Assembly: GCA_964393435.1 (NCBI GenBank)
Contig: CAYMTP010000001.1
Span: 247-64,246 of the forward strand
Source of the DNA: an uncultured Lachnobacterium sp.
GTDB taxonomy: Bacteria; Bacillota; Clostridia; Lachnospirales; Lachnospiraceae
Length of the DNA: 64,000 nucleotides
Reading direction: 5' to 3'
In this document: piece by piece, positions 22,583-31,290 of the stretch
Position numbering within the stretch: position 1 is the stretch's first letter
Layout of the letters: every line of letters starts with the position of its first letter
Program-made: the position numbers and the translations under genes
The notes under the pieces: generated by a model
Databases searched by the model: none
What the model saw: only the letters and a program-made list of their open reading frames with translations
Told to the model about the DNA's origin: nothing

Positions 22583-25234
22583 CTAATTTCCTGTGTTGAT
22601 ATCCGTGATATTGATATCAAAATAAAATGTATTTCCATTTATTTTAACCTCTACAATCTCACCGTGTGGAGCTGTAATATCATAATAAACTACGTTATAA
22701 CTTTCGGATGTATTTCCATTTAAATCGGTTGCAACCGCCTTATAGCGGACAACTCCTTCGGTCTGATTGGTAAAGGATAATTCTTTTGTTTTTACTCCAT
22801 TTAAACCTGTAGCTTCTGCTACAAGAGTTAATCTTCCATCCGAAGCTATCTGATAAATCTCTACTCTGGAAAGCCCTACACCATAATCCCTTGCACATGC
22901 GGTAAGCATTACCTCTTGATTTGTCCATGTATCAATGCTGACATTCAAATCAATATCCGGAGCAAAATGATCGATCCAGTATGCATAAAGCATGGTATCT
23001 GCTACCGTTTTGTATATTACGTCCGAATGCATAAATTCATCGTAATATTTCACTCCACCGCCATCTGTCTTGGTATAATATCCCTGAAAGGCAAAGCCTG
23101 CTCTTACTGGTGGCTCTGCGGTCGGAATCAATTCATCGTAAGTAGCTGTTACAGAATCTGATCCATAGGTACCTCCCTGCTTATCAAAGGAAATGGTAAA
23201 CGTCTTTGCTAGCCATTTTGCAAAAAGGGTGGTATCTTTTAAAAACGATGTGTTTGATATGGTTATAGTTCCTGTGTCATTAATTAGTGCAGTTTCCGTT
23301 CCCTCTTTATCCATAAAATACCCTTTGAACGTATATCCCGTTCTGTCTGGTATGGTGATTTTCGAAATAACCGATGTAAATAAATTATTGGTATAAAAGT
23401 TTACGTTGTATTTTTCATAAAACGACAGTGTTCCACCACTTCCCTCCTGTGGGTCTAAAGTAATCAGCACATGGATTGGTTCCCAAAGTGCATATAAATT
23501 AACAGTTCCACCATTTGTCGAAGTGAGATTTAATACGGAGTCCTTATCCGTATACACTGCCGATCCATTTTGCACAGTCGACCATCCCTTAAAGTCATAG
23601 CCCGTTTTCGTAAAGGTATTCGTTCGAAGCGTGGCGAAAGTACCGTATGTCGCGGAGGTATCCGCCATGGTACCACTGCCGCCATTTGCATGATAGGAAA
23701 TCGTATAAGCATTTGCTTTCCAATATGCATAAAGCGTGGTATCAGATGTGAATGTCGTTTTCGTAGAGGTTATAACCCCTGTCGAATTAACATAACAGTT
23801 TCCTGTACCCCCTTTTCCTGTATAGTAGCCCTTAAATGTATATCCTGTTTTCTCCGGACATGTAATACTGGTAATAGTCGTAGTACAGTCCAATGTTGTA
23901 TAATTTCCTGACCCATACTTCTCGTAATAGGCACTCGTACCTGCTGTATCTGCATCCTGGTTATCCAATGTGATTGTGTAAACATTAGGTGTCCAAACCG
24001 CATACAGCTTTACTTTTCCACCGTTTGTTGAAGTCAGATTGGAAACGGTTGCACCATTTACAAAATCGACAGATCCATTTTGTGTAAGGGACCAGCCTTT
24101 GAAGGTATAGCCACTGCGAGTAAATGTATTGGTACGAAGTGCCACATTCTTATCATAAGTTGCGTTTGTATCTGCCATGGTACCACTTCCGCCGTTTGCG
24201 TTATATGTAATGGTGTAGGTGTTTGGTTTCCAGTTGGCGTACACATAAATCTTAGTATCTTTCAGACCAACTTCTGGAGCAATCTCTCTTGGCATATACG
24301 ATTTATTTGCAGATAATACCTTACCTCCCTCTGTAATCCATTCTTTATCCGGTATTAAATGATATCCAATTTTATCCATTGCCGCAGTAGACGGTTTTAG
24401 TAATGTCATGGCTTGTAATACACGGCTAGATGACGTATACAAACCTCCATTTGCATACAACACATACGGAATCTTAACACCATTTTCCGTATAATTTACA
24501 ACTTTAAATCCCCCTCCTACTGTTACCGCAGAACTTGCATTTGTATTCGCTTCATCGGTTCCATTTGCTGCATATCTGATGTCGAGTTTGGGATTATCTA
24601 ATTTACTTTCTATCTTCTTATAACTTTCAAAATCGTGTCCCGAAAAAATGCTTTTTAAAGCATTTAGGTCACTGCTGTTTTTTAATCGATAAATGGTTCC
24701 CCACTTAGAAATCCCGCCATATCCATTCTCCGTTATTCCTCCGTTTGGTGTATTACCTTGCTTCGTAACCATAATGGAATCAATACGCACATAAATTATC
24801 GGAGCCTCTAGTACATAAGCCGCATTTGCCGGGTCAACTGCTTGTGCCAGCCTGTACAATTCCTTATCTTCTACTGCATACAAATCATACTGGTAACCAC
24901 CAGAATTTACCTGGTCCACCATCGTTACAGAATCTCCATATCTTTCTACAGCAAACGATACAGAATGTCCATTTCCTGACAAAGTAATATCAAATCCTAC
25001 TGTAGCATACTTCAAATTCGTACTTGATGAAGCAAGCTTCGCATAGGTGGCATAATAAACCGTACCATCCACAGACTCCGAATGATAAGGTTCGCCATCT
25101 AATGCAGTACTCTCATAAAACTCTTTCGCATTCGTATAACTTGTTGCTGCCTGATACGTCTCAGATGAATCTGGCATAAACAATCCCATCACGAGTAATA
25201 ATAGTGTCAGTGAAATCCATTTCTTTTTTTTCAT
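22583..25234 (-). CDS. Secreted InlB B-repeat adhesin with C-terminal Ig-like domain, pilus module B
   Basis: Start MKKKKWISL after AAGGAG; signal peptide; B-repeats; N-terminal domain resembles that of 32574-34133. Confidence 0.85.
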   Translation of the reverse strand: MKKKKWISLTLLLLVMGLFMPDSSETYQAATSYTNAKEFYESTALDGEPYHSESVDGTVYYATYAKLASSSTNLKYATVGFDITLSGNGHSVSFAVERYGDSVTMVDQVNSGGYQYDLYAVEDKELYRLAQAVDPANAAYVLEAPIIYVRIDSIMVTKQGNTPNGGITENGYGGISKWGTIYRLKNSSDLNALKSIFSGHDFESYKKIESKLDNPKLDIRYAANGTDEANTNASSAVTVGGGFKVVNYTENGVKIPYVLYANGGLYTSSSRVLQAMTLLKPSTAAMDKIGYHLIPDKEWITEGGKVLSANKSYMPREIAPEVGLKDTKIYVYANWKPNTYTITYNANGGSGTMADTNATYDKNVALRTNTFTRSGYTFKGWSLTQNGSVDFVNGATVSNLTSTNGGKVKLYAVWTPNVYTITLDNQDADTAGTSAYYEKYGSGNYTTLDCTTTITSITCPEKTGYTFKGYYTGKGGTGNCYVNSTGVITSTKTTFTSDTTLYAYWKANAYTISYHANGGSGTMADTSATYGTFATLRTNTFTKTGYDFKGWSTVQNGSAVYTDKDSVLNLTSTNGGTVNLYALWEPIHVLITLDPQEGSGGTLSFYEKYNVNFYTNNLFTSVISKITIPDRTGYTFKGYFMDKEGTETALINDTGTITISNTSFLKDTTLFAKWLAKTFTISFDKQGGTYGSDSVTATYDELIPTAEPPVRAGFAFQGYYTKTDGGGVKYYDEFMHSDVIYKTVADTMLYAYWIDHFAPDIDLNVSIDTWTNQEVMLTACARDYGVGLSRVEIYQIASDGRLTLVAEATGLNGVKTKELSFTNQTEGVVRYKAVATDLNGNTSESYNVVYYDITAPHGEIVEVKINGNTFYFDINITDINTGN
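23608..23986. repeat. 379-bp direct repeat, copy in the second adhesin
   Basis: Matches 20291-20669. Confidence 0.9.
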
Positions 25235-25270
25235 TCCAGTATCTCCTTTCTTCATATTTTTGTATATAAA

Positions 25271-25348
25271 AAGTGTACCGATTTTCGGTACACTTGGAGT
25301 TCTACATATCTCATTTAACAAAAAACGTACCGAAATTCGGTACGTTTT
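25271..25348. repeat. Two GTACC-N7-GGTAC palindromes; further copies at 26830-26846 and 27875-27891
   Basis: AAGTGTACCGATTTTCGGTACACTT (25271-25295) and AAAACGTACCGAAATTCGGTACGTTTT (25322-25348). Confidence 0.8.
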
Positions 25349-25358
25349 CATTGGACTA

Positions 25359-26816
25359 TTAATCAATAAATTCTATTTCGCCATCGCCAGTCCATTCATT
25401 TCCGCTATTGTCAATTTCATGAACATCTTTTGCAATATACATGTACCAATCATATCTGGAATCAATAAAACCACCACTCATATTAGATGAATACAACCCT
25501 ATACTTTCAAGATACTCTGTCAAAATTTCAAATCCATGTTTCCCATTAACATAACCATCACTATGGGTAAGTACTGCATAGTCTCCATCACCAAAATCAA
25601 CCACATTTCCATATCCAGCCTCGATAACTGCCTGCTCGTATGGAGAAATATGGTGCTCATCTTCCCACTCTGGAGTTTTTTTCCACTCATCTCCAGAAGT
25701 ATTCACATAAAAACTTCCGTCCTCTTGAGGGATGAGCTCTATGTTATATTTACCAGAGTATGATGGTTTATTTGAAGAACCACTGTCGGTGGAAGTGTTA
25801 CCAGCATTATTGGTTGTACCTCCATTGCTAGAGACATTACCGTTTCCTGCATTCCCTGAAGTTGAATTTCCGCCATTATTAGAACCACCACCATTTCCAG
25901 TCTGTGTGGATTCTGTCGCACCTTCTTTTACGATAATAAGGAAAGTCGCTTTGCTTTCATTACCAGCACGATCCACATACGACACGTGCACAAGCCATTC
26001 ATGCTTTGCTTCGTCACGAAGCTCCAACTCACAAGTGATATCATCCGCTGCGATTTTACCATCCACATTGTCGGTAATTTCATATTCCGACTTATCTATG
26101 GTTGGTTCTGATGAAAGGTTATCTGAGCTGACGGTAATAGTCTTATCTGCTACGTCCTCAATTTTCGCTCCTGTCTTATCCAGAATAACATACACTTCCT
26201 CATAAGCTGCATTTCCATGCTCGTCCATGATTTCTACTACACCACGATAAATACCTGGTTCTGTAGGGACATCAGCTGTACCTAAGTTTTTCAATTCATC
26301 GTCTTTCGCAGTTGTGTTAATCTTGTCTGTAAGGCTTTTTAAGGCCTTTTCATCCATTAAGCCAAGATTTCCGCTACGCTCAAAACGGATGAGCTTTATG
26401 GTGCATTCTGACACGTCACGGATGCTTTCAAACATACCTGTGAAGTCTGCATTCGCTGCATCATTGGTAAACACATATCTGTGTGCGAAGTTTACCTTTG
26501 GAGCTGTGGTATCCACCACCTTAACATCGATGGTATACTCTTTGCTCTTGTATGTTGCTGTAGCTTCATACTCGCCTACCTTATTTGCATTCACTTCTGA
26601 AGTATCGATTTTCATTTCAGTAAGGATATCTTCCTCTGCATCAAAGAAATCTTTCGCTTCTAGGACTAACTCCTCGCCAGCTTCATGCTCCAGACTGTTT
26701 TTGGTCTGCTTAACTGTATTCTGCTGAAACAGCATGATAACTAAAATGATAACCAGAATAACGGCTATCGCTATCGCTGCTATTTTTGTTTCTTTCTTTT
26801 CTAGGAATTCTAACAT
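25359..26816 (-). CDS. Membrane-anchored protein with Ig-like domains and a G/N/S-rich linker
   Basis: N-terminal TM; IDTSEV...VGEY, VVDTTAP, DNVDG, DRAGNES motifs. Confidence 0.7.
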   Translation of the reverse strand: MLEFLEKKETKIAAIAIAVILVIILVIMLFQQNTVKQTKNSLEHEAGEELVLEAKDFFDAEEDILTEMKIDTSEVNANKVGEYEATATYKSKEYTIDVKVVDTTAPKVNFAHRYVFTNDAANADFTGMFESIRDVSECTIKLIRFERSGNLGLMDEKALKSLTDKINTTAKDDELKNLGTADVPTEPGIYRGVVEIMDEHGNAAYEEVYVILDKTGAKIEDVADKTITVSSDNLSSEPTIDKSEYEITDNVDGKIAADDITCELELRDEAKHEWLVHVSYVDRAGNESKATFLIIVKEGATESTQTGNGGGSNNGGNSTSGNAGNGNVSSNGGTTNNAGNTSTDSGSSNKPSYSGKYNIELIPQEDGSFYVNTSGDEWKKTPEWEDEHHISPYEQAVIEAGYGNVVDFGDGDYAVLTHSDGYVNGKHGFEILTEYLESIGLYSSNMSGGFIDSRYDWYMYIAKDVHEIDNSGNEWTGDGEIEFID

Positions 26817-26848
26817 CTGCTCCTCCTTTGTACCGAAATTCAGTACGA

Positions 26849-27664
26849 TTATAGTCTAGGACCTTTTGGTGTTAGTGCTGGTGTCTGAGCAACTCTGCTA
26901 TTTTGTTTAGACACTTCTAAAAACTCATCATATCGCTCATCTACTTGAAAAAGTTTGCATTGCTCCATATATGCATCCTGTTCTTTTTCAAAAAATCTCA
27001 CCAGCTTTGTGTAGTCTCCACCTAATTGTGCTGTTTTTAATGCATCAACATACTGGATTCGATTTTCGTTATGAATAATGAATGGTGCAATATCGTTTTT
27101 TAAACATTCTCTAAACAGAATCATTCTACCGGTTCTGCCATTTCCATCCTGGAATGGATGAATGAGTTCATATCTAGCATGGAATTCTGCTAAAGTGTAT
27201 AATGTTACTGCATCGACATCCTTATACCATGAGTAAAATTCAGTCATCTCTTCCTGCACTTCACTTGGCAATGCAACATTTAATCCACCTACTGTATTTG
27301 CACGCTTTTTATAATCACCAATTGCATATCCATTTGCTCTATCTTCAAATACTCCTGCTTTTAATTCATAGTGAAATCTCTTTACTAATTCTTCATTCAA
27401 AGGTTCATCCAACGTAGTAACCATATGATTAAACATCAAAAAGTGTCCATTCATTTCTTCGATGTCTTTTCTTCTATACACTTCCTCTGTCGCTGGAAGA
27501 TATCCCTCCTCAAACAAAGCTGCAGTCTGTTCTTCTGTTAATGTACTACCTTCGATTCTGTTTGAATTATATGCCAACGCTCTTTGCGTATAACCATATA
27601 TTCCACTCCTGTCTTTTATGGAATGTTCTAGCTCTAATACCCAAATTAATGCCTTGTTATTCAT
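26849..27664 (-). CDS. Fic family protein (class II, internal inhibitory motif)
   Basis: Canonical HPFQDGNGRTGR; N-terminal SNRIEG matches the (S/T)xxxE(G/N) inhibitory motif. Confidence 0.92.
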   Translation of the reverse strand: MNNKALIWVLELEHSIKDRSGIYGYTQRALAYNSNRIEGSTLTEEQTAALFEEGYLPATEEVYRRKDIEEMNGHFLMFNHMVTTLDEPLNEELVKRFHYELKAGVFEDRANGYAIGDYKKRANTVGGLNVALPSEVQEEMTEFYSWYKDVDAVTLYTLAEFHARYELIHPFQDGNGRTGRMILFRECLKNDIAPFIIHNENRIQYVDALKTAQLGGDYTKLVRFFEKEQDAYMEQCKLFQVDERYDEFLEVSKQNSRVAQTPALTPKGPRL

Positions 27665-27682
27665 ACTTACTTCTCCTTCCAG

Positions 27683-27805
27683 CTATTTCTGTTCTAGTCC
27701 CTTTTCCATAAGCTTCATGAGCTGTCTATACTTATCCATACTCATGATAACAACATCTTCATGATTCTTTCTTACGATAATCACTTCTTCATCCTGTTGT
27801 ACAAC
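27683..27805 (-). pseudogene. 5'-truncated Phd/YefM-family antitoxin
   Basis: Manual translation VVQQDEEVIIVRKNHEDVVIMSMDKYRQLMKLMEKGLEQK*; an in-frame stop upstream with no ATG before the recognisable segment; a GTG at 27784 could give 33 aa. Confidence 0.7.
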
Positions 27806-27823
27806 ATATTGTACAATAATGCA
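27795..27823 (-). promoter_or_regulatory. yefM-yoeB/axe-txe-type operator-promoter
   Basis: TGTACA cores at 27798-27803 and 27810-27815, 12 bp apart, overlapping TTGCAT-17-TACAAC on the minus strand. Confidence 0.65.
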
Positions 27824-27914
27824 ACAGGAGATTTACATTTTCATGAACTTTTTCTAGCGACGTATTATAAAAGCGTACCCGTTATAGGCACGCCTTTTTA
27901 CATAATGCATATGA

Positions 27915-28146
27915 ACTATTCAATTGTTTTAGTTTCTGCAAGAAACACTCCATAAGTTCTGCTATTGTAGAACCGTCGTTTATGGCTGTATTTACATAGA
28001 TTTTCTTTTTTAAACATATCAAAGGTTGAAATATATACCATTGTGACATCTGGAACATTGATGAAAGGTTCATCATTGTTTGACTTTTGCACTTCAATGA
28101 TTTTCTCAAAGAAAACATCATCAATTGGCCTTAAATTCTTTACTTT
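27915..28146 (-). pseudogene. Internally deleted, frameshifted Rpn / PD-(D/E)XK nuclease-family transposase remnant
   Basis: Manual translation KVKNLRPIDDVFFEKI-IEVQKSNND-EPFINVPDVTMVYISTFDMFK, then after a frameshift IYVNTAINDGSTIAELMECF. Family recognised from memory. Confidence 0.62.
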
Positions 28147-28256
28147 GCTACGTTTTTACAATGGGTGGAATTACTTAATCTGTGCTTAAAGAATTTCTGT
28201 TTAACGTACCTATATTCAGTTTTCAAGGTTCATTTTTTCTTGTTCTGCTATATCAC

Positions 28257-28634
28257 TTACTCTTCATATTCTTCCATAATGACCGACATAGTGCTCGATA
28301 CACTTCCCGGTGTTCCAATTGGGTGCATCCAGTTTAGTGTGGCTTCTACAGAGAGAATACCTTTTTCCATGTCAGCTTCCAAAAACACTACCGTAAGGTC
28401 AGAAGCGCTGTTTATCTGAATTGCCAGCGACTGTAAAAAGGAGGCTTTCCATTCTTCCTCCGTCTGCGGCCTTCCCTCTTCATACATCAGGCAGGTCATG
28501 GCGTCCTCCATGGAGGATTTTAGTGCATTGTCCAGCTCTACTTGTCTGGTGCTTCTTCCGTGTATGGTAAAACCAGTCAGTATAATCATAAAGGCAATTA
28601 ATACTGCATAAAATGCAATCAGCATATTTTTCAT
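28257..28634 (-). CDS. Pilin-like / TadE-like protein, module B (paralog of 34137-34517)
   Basis: N-terminal TM; D-EKGILSVE motif shared with the paralog. Confidence 0.7.
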   Translation of the reverse strand: MKNMLIAFYAVLIAFMIILTGFTIHGRSTRQVELDNALKSSMEDAMTCLMYEEGRPQTEEEWKASFLQSLAIQINSASDLTVVFLEADMEKGILSVEATLNWMHPIGTPGSVSSTMSVIMEEYEE

Positions 28635-28646
28635 CTTTCTGTCTCC

Positions 28647-29219
28647 TTATGTTGCTTCTACCGGAAGCTGGAATTCATACACTTTCTGTCCACCGCTTAC
28701 TCCATATATTTTTATGTAAACCGTATATGTTCCGCTGGCGAATATATAAAGCAAATCCAGTTCCTCATCATATATAAAAGGTGCAGGAATTTCCTCCATT
28801 CCAGCGATTTCCCCTGATGTAAGCCATAGCAAAGCACTGTTTCCCGAAGCATTTCGTATATCCATCAGATAAATGGTAATGCCGTCTTCCGTACTTAAGC
28901 TTACATAGGTGCCGTCTGCTTTCTGAACCAAAAACAAATCTTTAAATGCAATCACGTTTCCTACATTCTGTACGGATGCATTGTACTTTACCACTGGGAC
29001 GCTGGCATCTACAAAATCTGTAATGTAACTTAACCCGTCATTTTTTATGGCATCGCTTTCTACTACACCACCAAATATCTTTCCCCCTGCCTCGAACACA
29101 CCCGTTCCACCAGAATAGCTGGCAGAAAAGAAAGCCCATAACACGAACAGCACACAGCCTGTCATAACAAGCAGTCCCACCAAGGGCTTTATTGCTTCTT
29201 TTAATATTTCCATATGCAT
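28647..29219 (-). CDS. Pilin-like protein with C-terminal beta domain, module B (paralog of 34522-34998)
   Basis: N-terminal TM; GTYTVYIK vs GIYWVQVY; syntenic position. Confidence 0.65.
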   Translation of the reverse strand: MHMEILKEAIKPLVGLLVMTGCVLFVLWAFFSASYSGGTGVFEAGGKIFGGVVESDAIKNDGLSYITDFVDASVPVVKYNASVQNVGNVIAFKDLFLVQKADGTYVSLSTEDGITIYLMDIRNASGNSALLWLTSGEIAGMEEIPAPFIYDEELDLLYIFASGTYTVYIKIYGVSGGQKVYEFQLPVEAT

Positions 29220-29225
29220 TCCTCT

Positions 29226-29384
29226 TTAAATCGTACTCGCAAGGAGCGTAAGCACACCTGAAAAGAGTGCAGAACTTCCTGCAAAGAAAAGCCCCCACAT
29301 CAGGGCAATGCCTGCGGTAGCTCCCACGCCTTCCTGTAGTATATCTATCATAACGCCTTCGATTAAATCGTTTAAATCTTCCAT
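29226..29384 (-). CDS. Small hydrophobic pilin-like protein, module B (52 aa)
   Basis: MEDLNDLIEG...; RBS AAAGGT; syntenic with 35000-35143. Confidence 0.6.
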   Translation of the reverse strand: MEDLNDLIEGVMIDILQEGVGATAGIALMWGLFFAGSSALFSGVLTLLASTI

Positions 29385-29397
29385 ACCTTTACACCCC

Positions 29398-29511
29398 TTA
29401 GTAGCTGACACCCATAAGGAGGGTTACAAAGGCAAGAAAACTTCCACCGAAAACAATTCCCCAGAGGACATACATCATAACTTCCTTGATTGCTTTTGTA
29501 ATATGTTCCAT
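29398..29511 (-). CDS. Small hydrophobic pilin-like protein, module B (37 aa; absent from the ORF track)
   Basis: MEHITKAIKEVMMYVLWGIVFGGSFLAFVTLLMGVSY*; strong RBS AGGAGG; syntenic with 35152-35250. Confidence 0.65.
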   Translation of the reverse strand: MEHITKAIKEVMMYVLWGIVFGGSFLAFVTLLMGVSY

Positions 29512-29528
29512 CTTTTCCTCCTGTATGG

Positions 29529-29867
29529 CTATACGATTTTTGTCTGTACTTTCTGCTGTTTTAACCCAAACAGCTTGATTTCGAAATAATAAGTAAGTTC
29601 TATTTTAGCGTAAGATTTTACACCAGCCTTGGACGCACTCTGGACAGTCACGGAAAGCGTATAGCCGTTGTCCGTCGCCTCCTGTTTGCATTGATTAATC
29701 ACTGTCTCGTTGTAATTACTTTCCACGATTACCTTGGATACGGATTCCATATAATTGTCTGCGGCCACCATCTGAGAAAAGCCTGTCACAACCCCAAGAC
29801 CGCTTCCAACAATGATAATCGCTGCAAATATGCCTACAAAAGCTTTGAATACAATATCTAAATGCAT
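29529..29867 (-). CDS. Pilin-like protein, module B (paralog of 35256-35633)
   Basis: VFKAFVGIF...ESNY vs VMKAFMGVF...NSDY. Confidence 0.7.
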   Translation of the reverse strand: MHLDIVFKAFVGIFAAIIIVGSGLGVVTGFSQMVAADNYMESVSKVIVESNYNETVINQCKQEATDNGYTLSVTVQSASKAGVKSYAKIELTYYFEIKLFGLKQQKVQTKIV

Positions 29868-29877
29868 CTTTTTTCTC

Positions 29878-31290
29878 CTATATCATGTCAATGATTCCAC
29901 CCACAGATGTTATGATTGCAATCACCAGATAAGCCATGCATCCCGCTCCTACACACAGGAATGGAATCCAGGTAAAGGACTTCATGTTGTCCTTAAACTG
30001 CATGGTATCGCGTTCGTATTTCTCCAGGTTTTTGATGTTCTTTTCGATTACCACATCCAATACCTCACTGTCTCGGTTGGTTCCTACTGCAAGAGAATAC
30101 AGCTTATGCATGATTTCGTTGATATTCTGGTTCCCAAAATCCCTGACGAATGACATATATGCATCTGGGTCATGAGGTTTTAGGGAAAGCATCTCCGTTA
30201 TGCGGATTAATTCCCTTTTTAATACCGGCGGAGCTGTTTCAATGGATTTTTCAAGGGCACCTTCCACGCTCTCCCTCTGAAGAAGCAACATGACATCAAA
30301 CAGCCACTTTGGAAAGGCTTTTGAAATCTCTGACTTCATGGTGTTTACCACGTTCAGATGAATAATAGTGTGGATGTTGAAACACAAAAACACCAGGCAG
30401 ATACAGACCGCCGCCATCATCCATGATGGCCAGTTGTATAAGAGTAGAGTTGACACTATGATGGACAGAATTGCAAATGACATATACTTCTTCTGCTCTA
30501 CCTTTGCATCATAATCCTCCAGATAGACAAAATATGCATTCGCTGTTTTCTCGCTCATAACCGTAGGGTTAATTAAAAGGCTTTTGTTCAAGCGGTTGTC
30601 CATAAATACAAAGTATAATACAAAACCAACCAAAAGAAGCGCATCCACAATCTGGGTTGCAAGAAGTCCCATGATGTTCAAATCCGACCCTTTCATAATG
30701 TGTAACATCATGATGCAGACGATAAGGAAAAATCCATATATACCTACACCAATATTTCTTTCCCAAACTTTCTTTATTCGGATACTTTCCACTACGTCCT
30801 GCCATGCCGTTCGCATACTCTCCAAAATCTTGAATTCTTTCTGGCACTCTCCACCGAGTTCCTCCGCATTCAAAAAGAAAGCATGCAGATTCCTCAATTT
30901 CTCACAATCATAACGGGACTCGATGTAAGAAAGAGCATCTCTTTCTGCCCGTTTAATGTCCCATTTGCCAGTTTCAAGGATTTCGAACGCTTCCATTATT
31001 GCGTCGTTCATCGGCCCTGTAGAAAAACAGGTCGCTGTTTCCTCCAGTGACTTAATTACGTCCTTTGTATAGATAAAGGACTGGGCCATCTGGCTCATGT
31101 AGGAATTTATCTCATTGAAACGGTTGGTTTCATACATAAATTTTTTCTGACTAAAAACAAGCTGTGGCACAGATAAAACATACACAACCGCAACTATAAG
31201 TATAAACACGGGATTTAATTCAAACAGAAGACCTAGTACAAGAGAAATAAGAAGCAGTACGCATTGCATTTTCTTTTTACGCTTCTTCAT
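29878..31290 (-). CDS. Fused TadB-TadC-like inner-membrane platform protein, module B
   Basis: Two soluble domains separated by TM pairs; FPKWLFDVMLLLQ..SV..AL; follows the CpaF ATPase; paralog of 35644-37029. Confidence 0.7.
   Translation of the reverse strand: MKKRKKKMQCVLLLISLVLGLLFELNPVFILIVAVVYVLSVPQLVFSQKKFMYETNRFNEINSYMSQMAQSFIYTKDVIKSLEETATCFSTGPMNDAIMEAFEILETGKWDIKRAERDALSYIESRYDCEKLRNLHAFFLNAEELGGECQKEFKILESMRTAWQDVVESIRIKKVWERNIGVGIYGFFLIVCIMMLHIMKGSDLNIMGLLATQIVDALLLVGFVLYFVFMDNRLNKSLLINPTVMSEKTANAYFVYLEDYDAKVEQKKYMSFAILSIIVSTLLLYNWPSWMMAAVCICLVFLCFNIHTIIHLNVVNTMKSEISKAFPKWLFDVMLLLQRESVEGALEKSIETAPPVLKRELIRITEMLSLKPHDPDAYMSFVRDFGNQNINEIMHKLYSLAVGTNRDSEVLDVVIEKNIKNLEKYERDTMQFKDNMKSFTWIPFLCVGAGCMAYLVIAIITSVGGIIDMI

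Noticed and set aside
20291..23986. Diversity-generating retroelement TR/VR pair
   Set aside because: The copies appear identical with no adenine-specific differences, both are mid-gene, and there is no reverse transcriptase in the window.
27882..28124. 80-aa track ORF as an intact gene
   Set aside because: Only its C-terminal half matches the Rpn-like frame; the N-terminal half is out of frame, so it is treated as part of a pseudogene.
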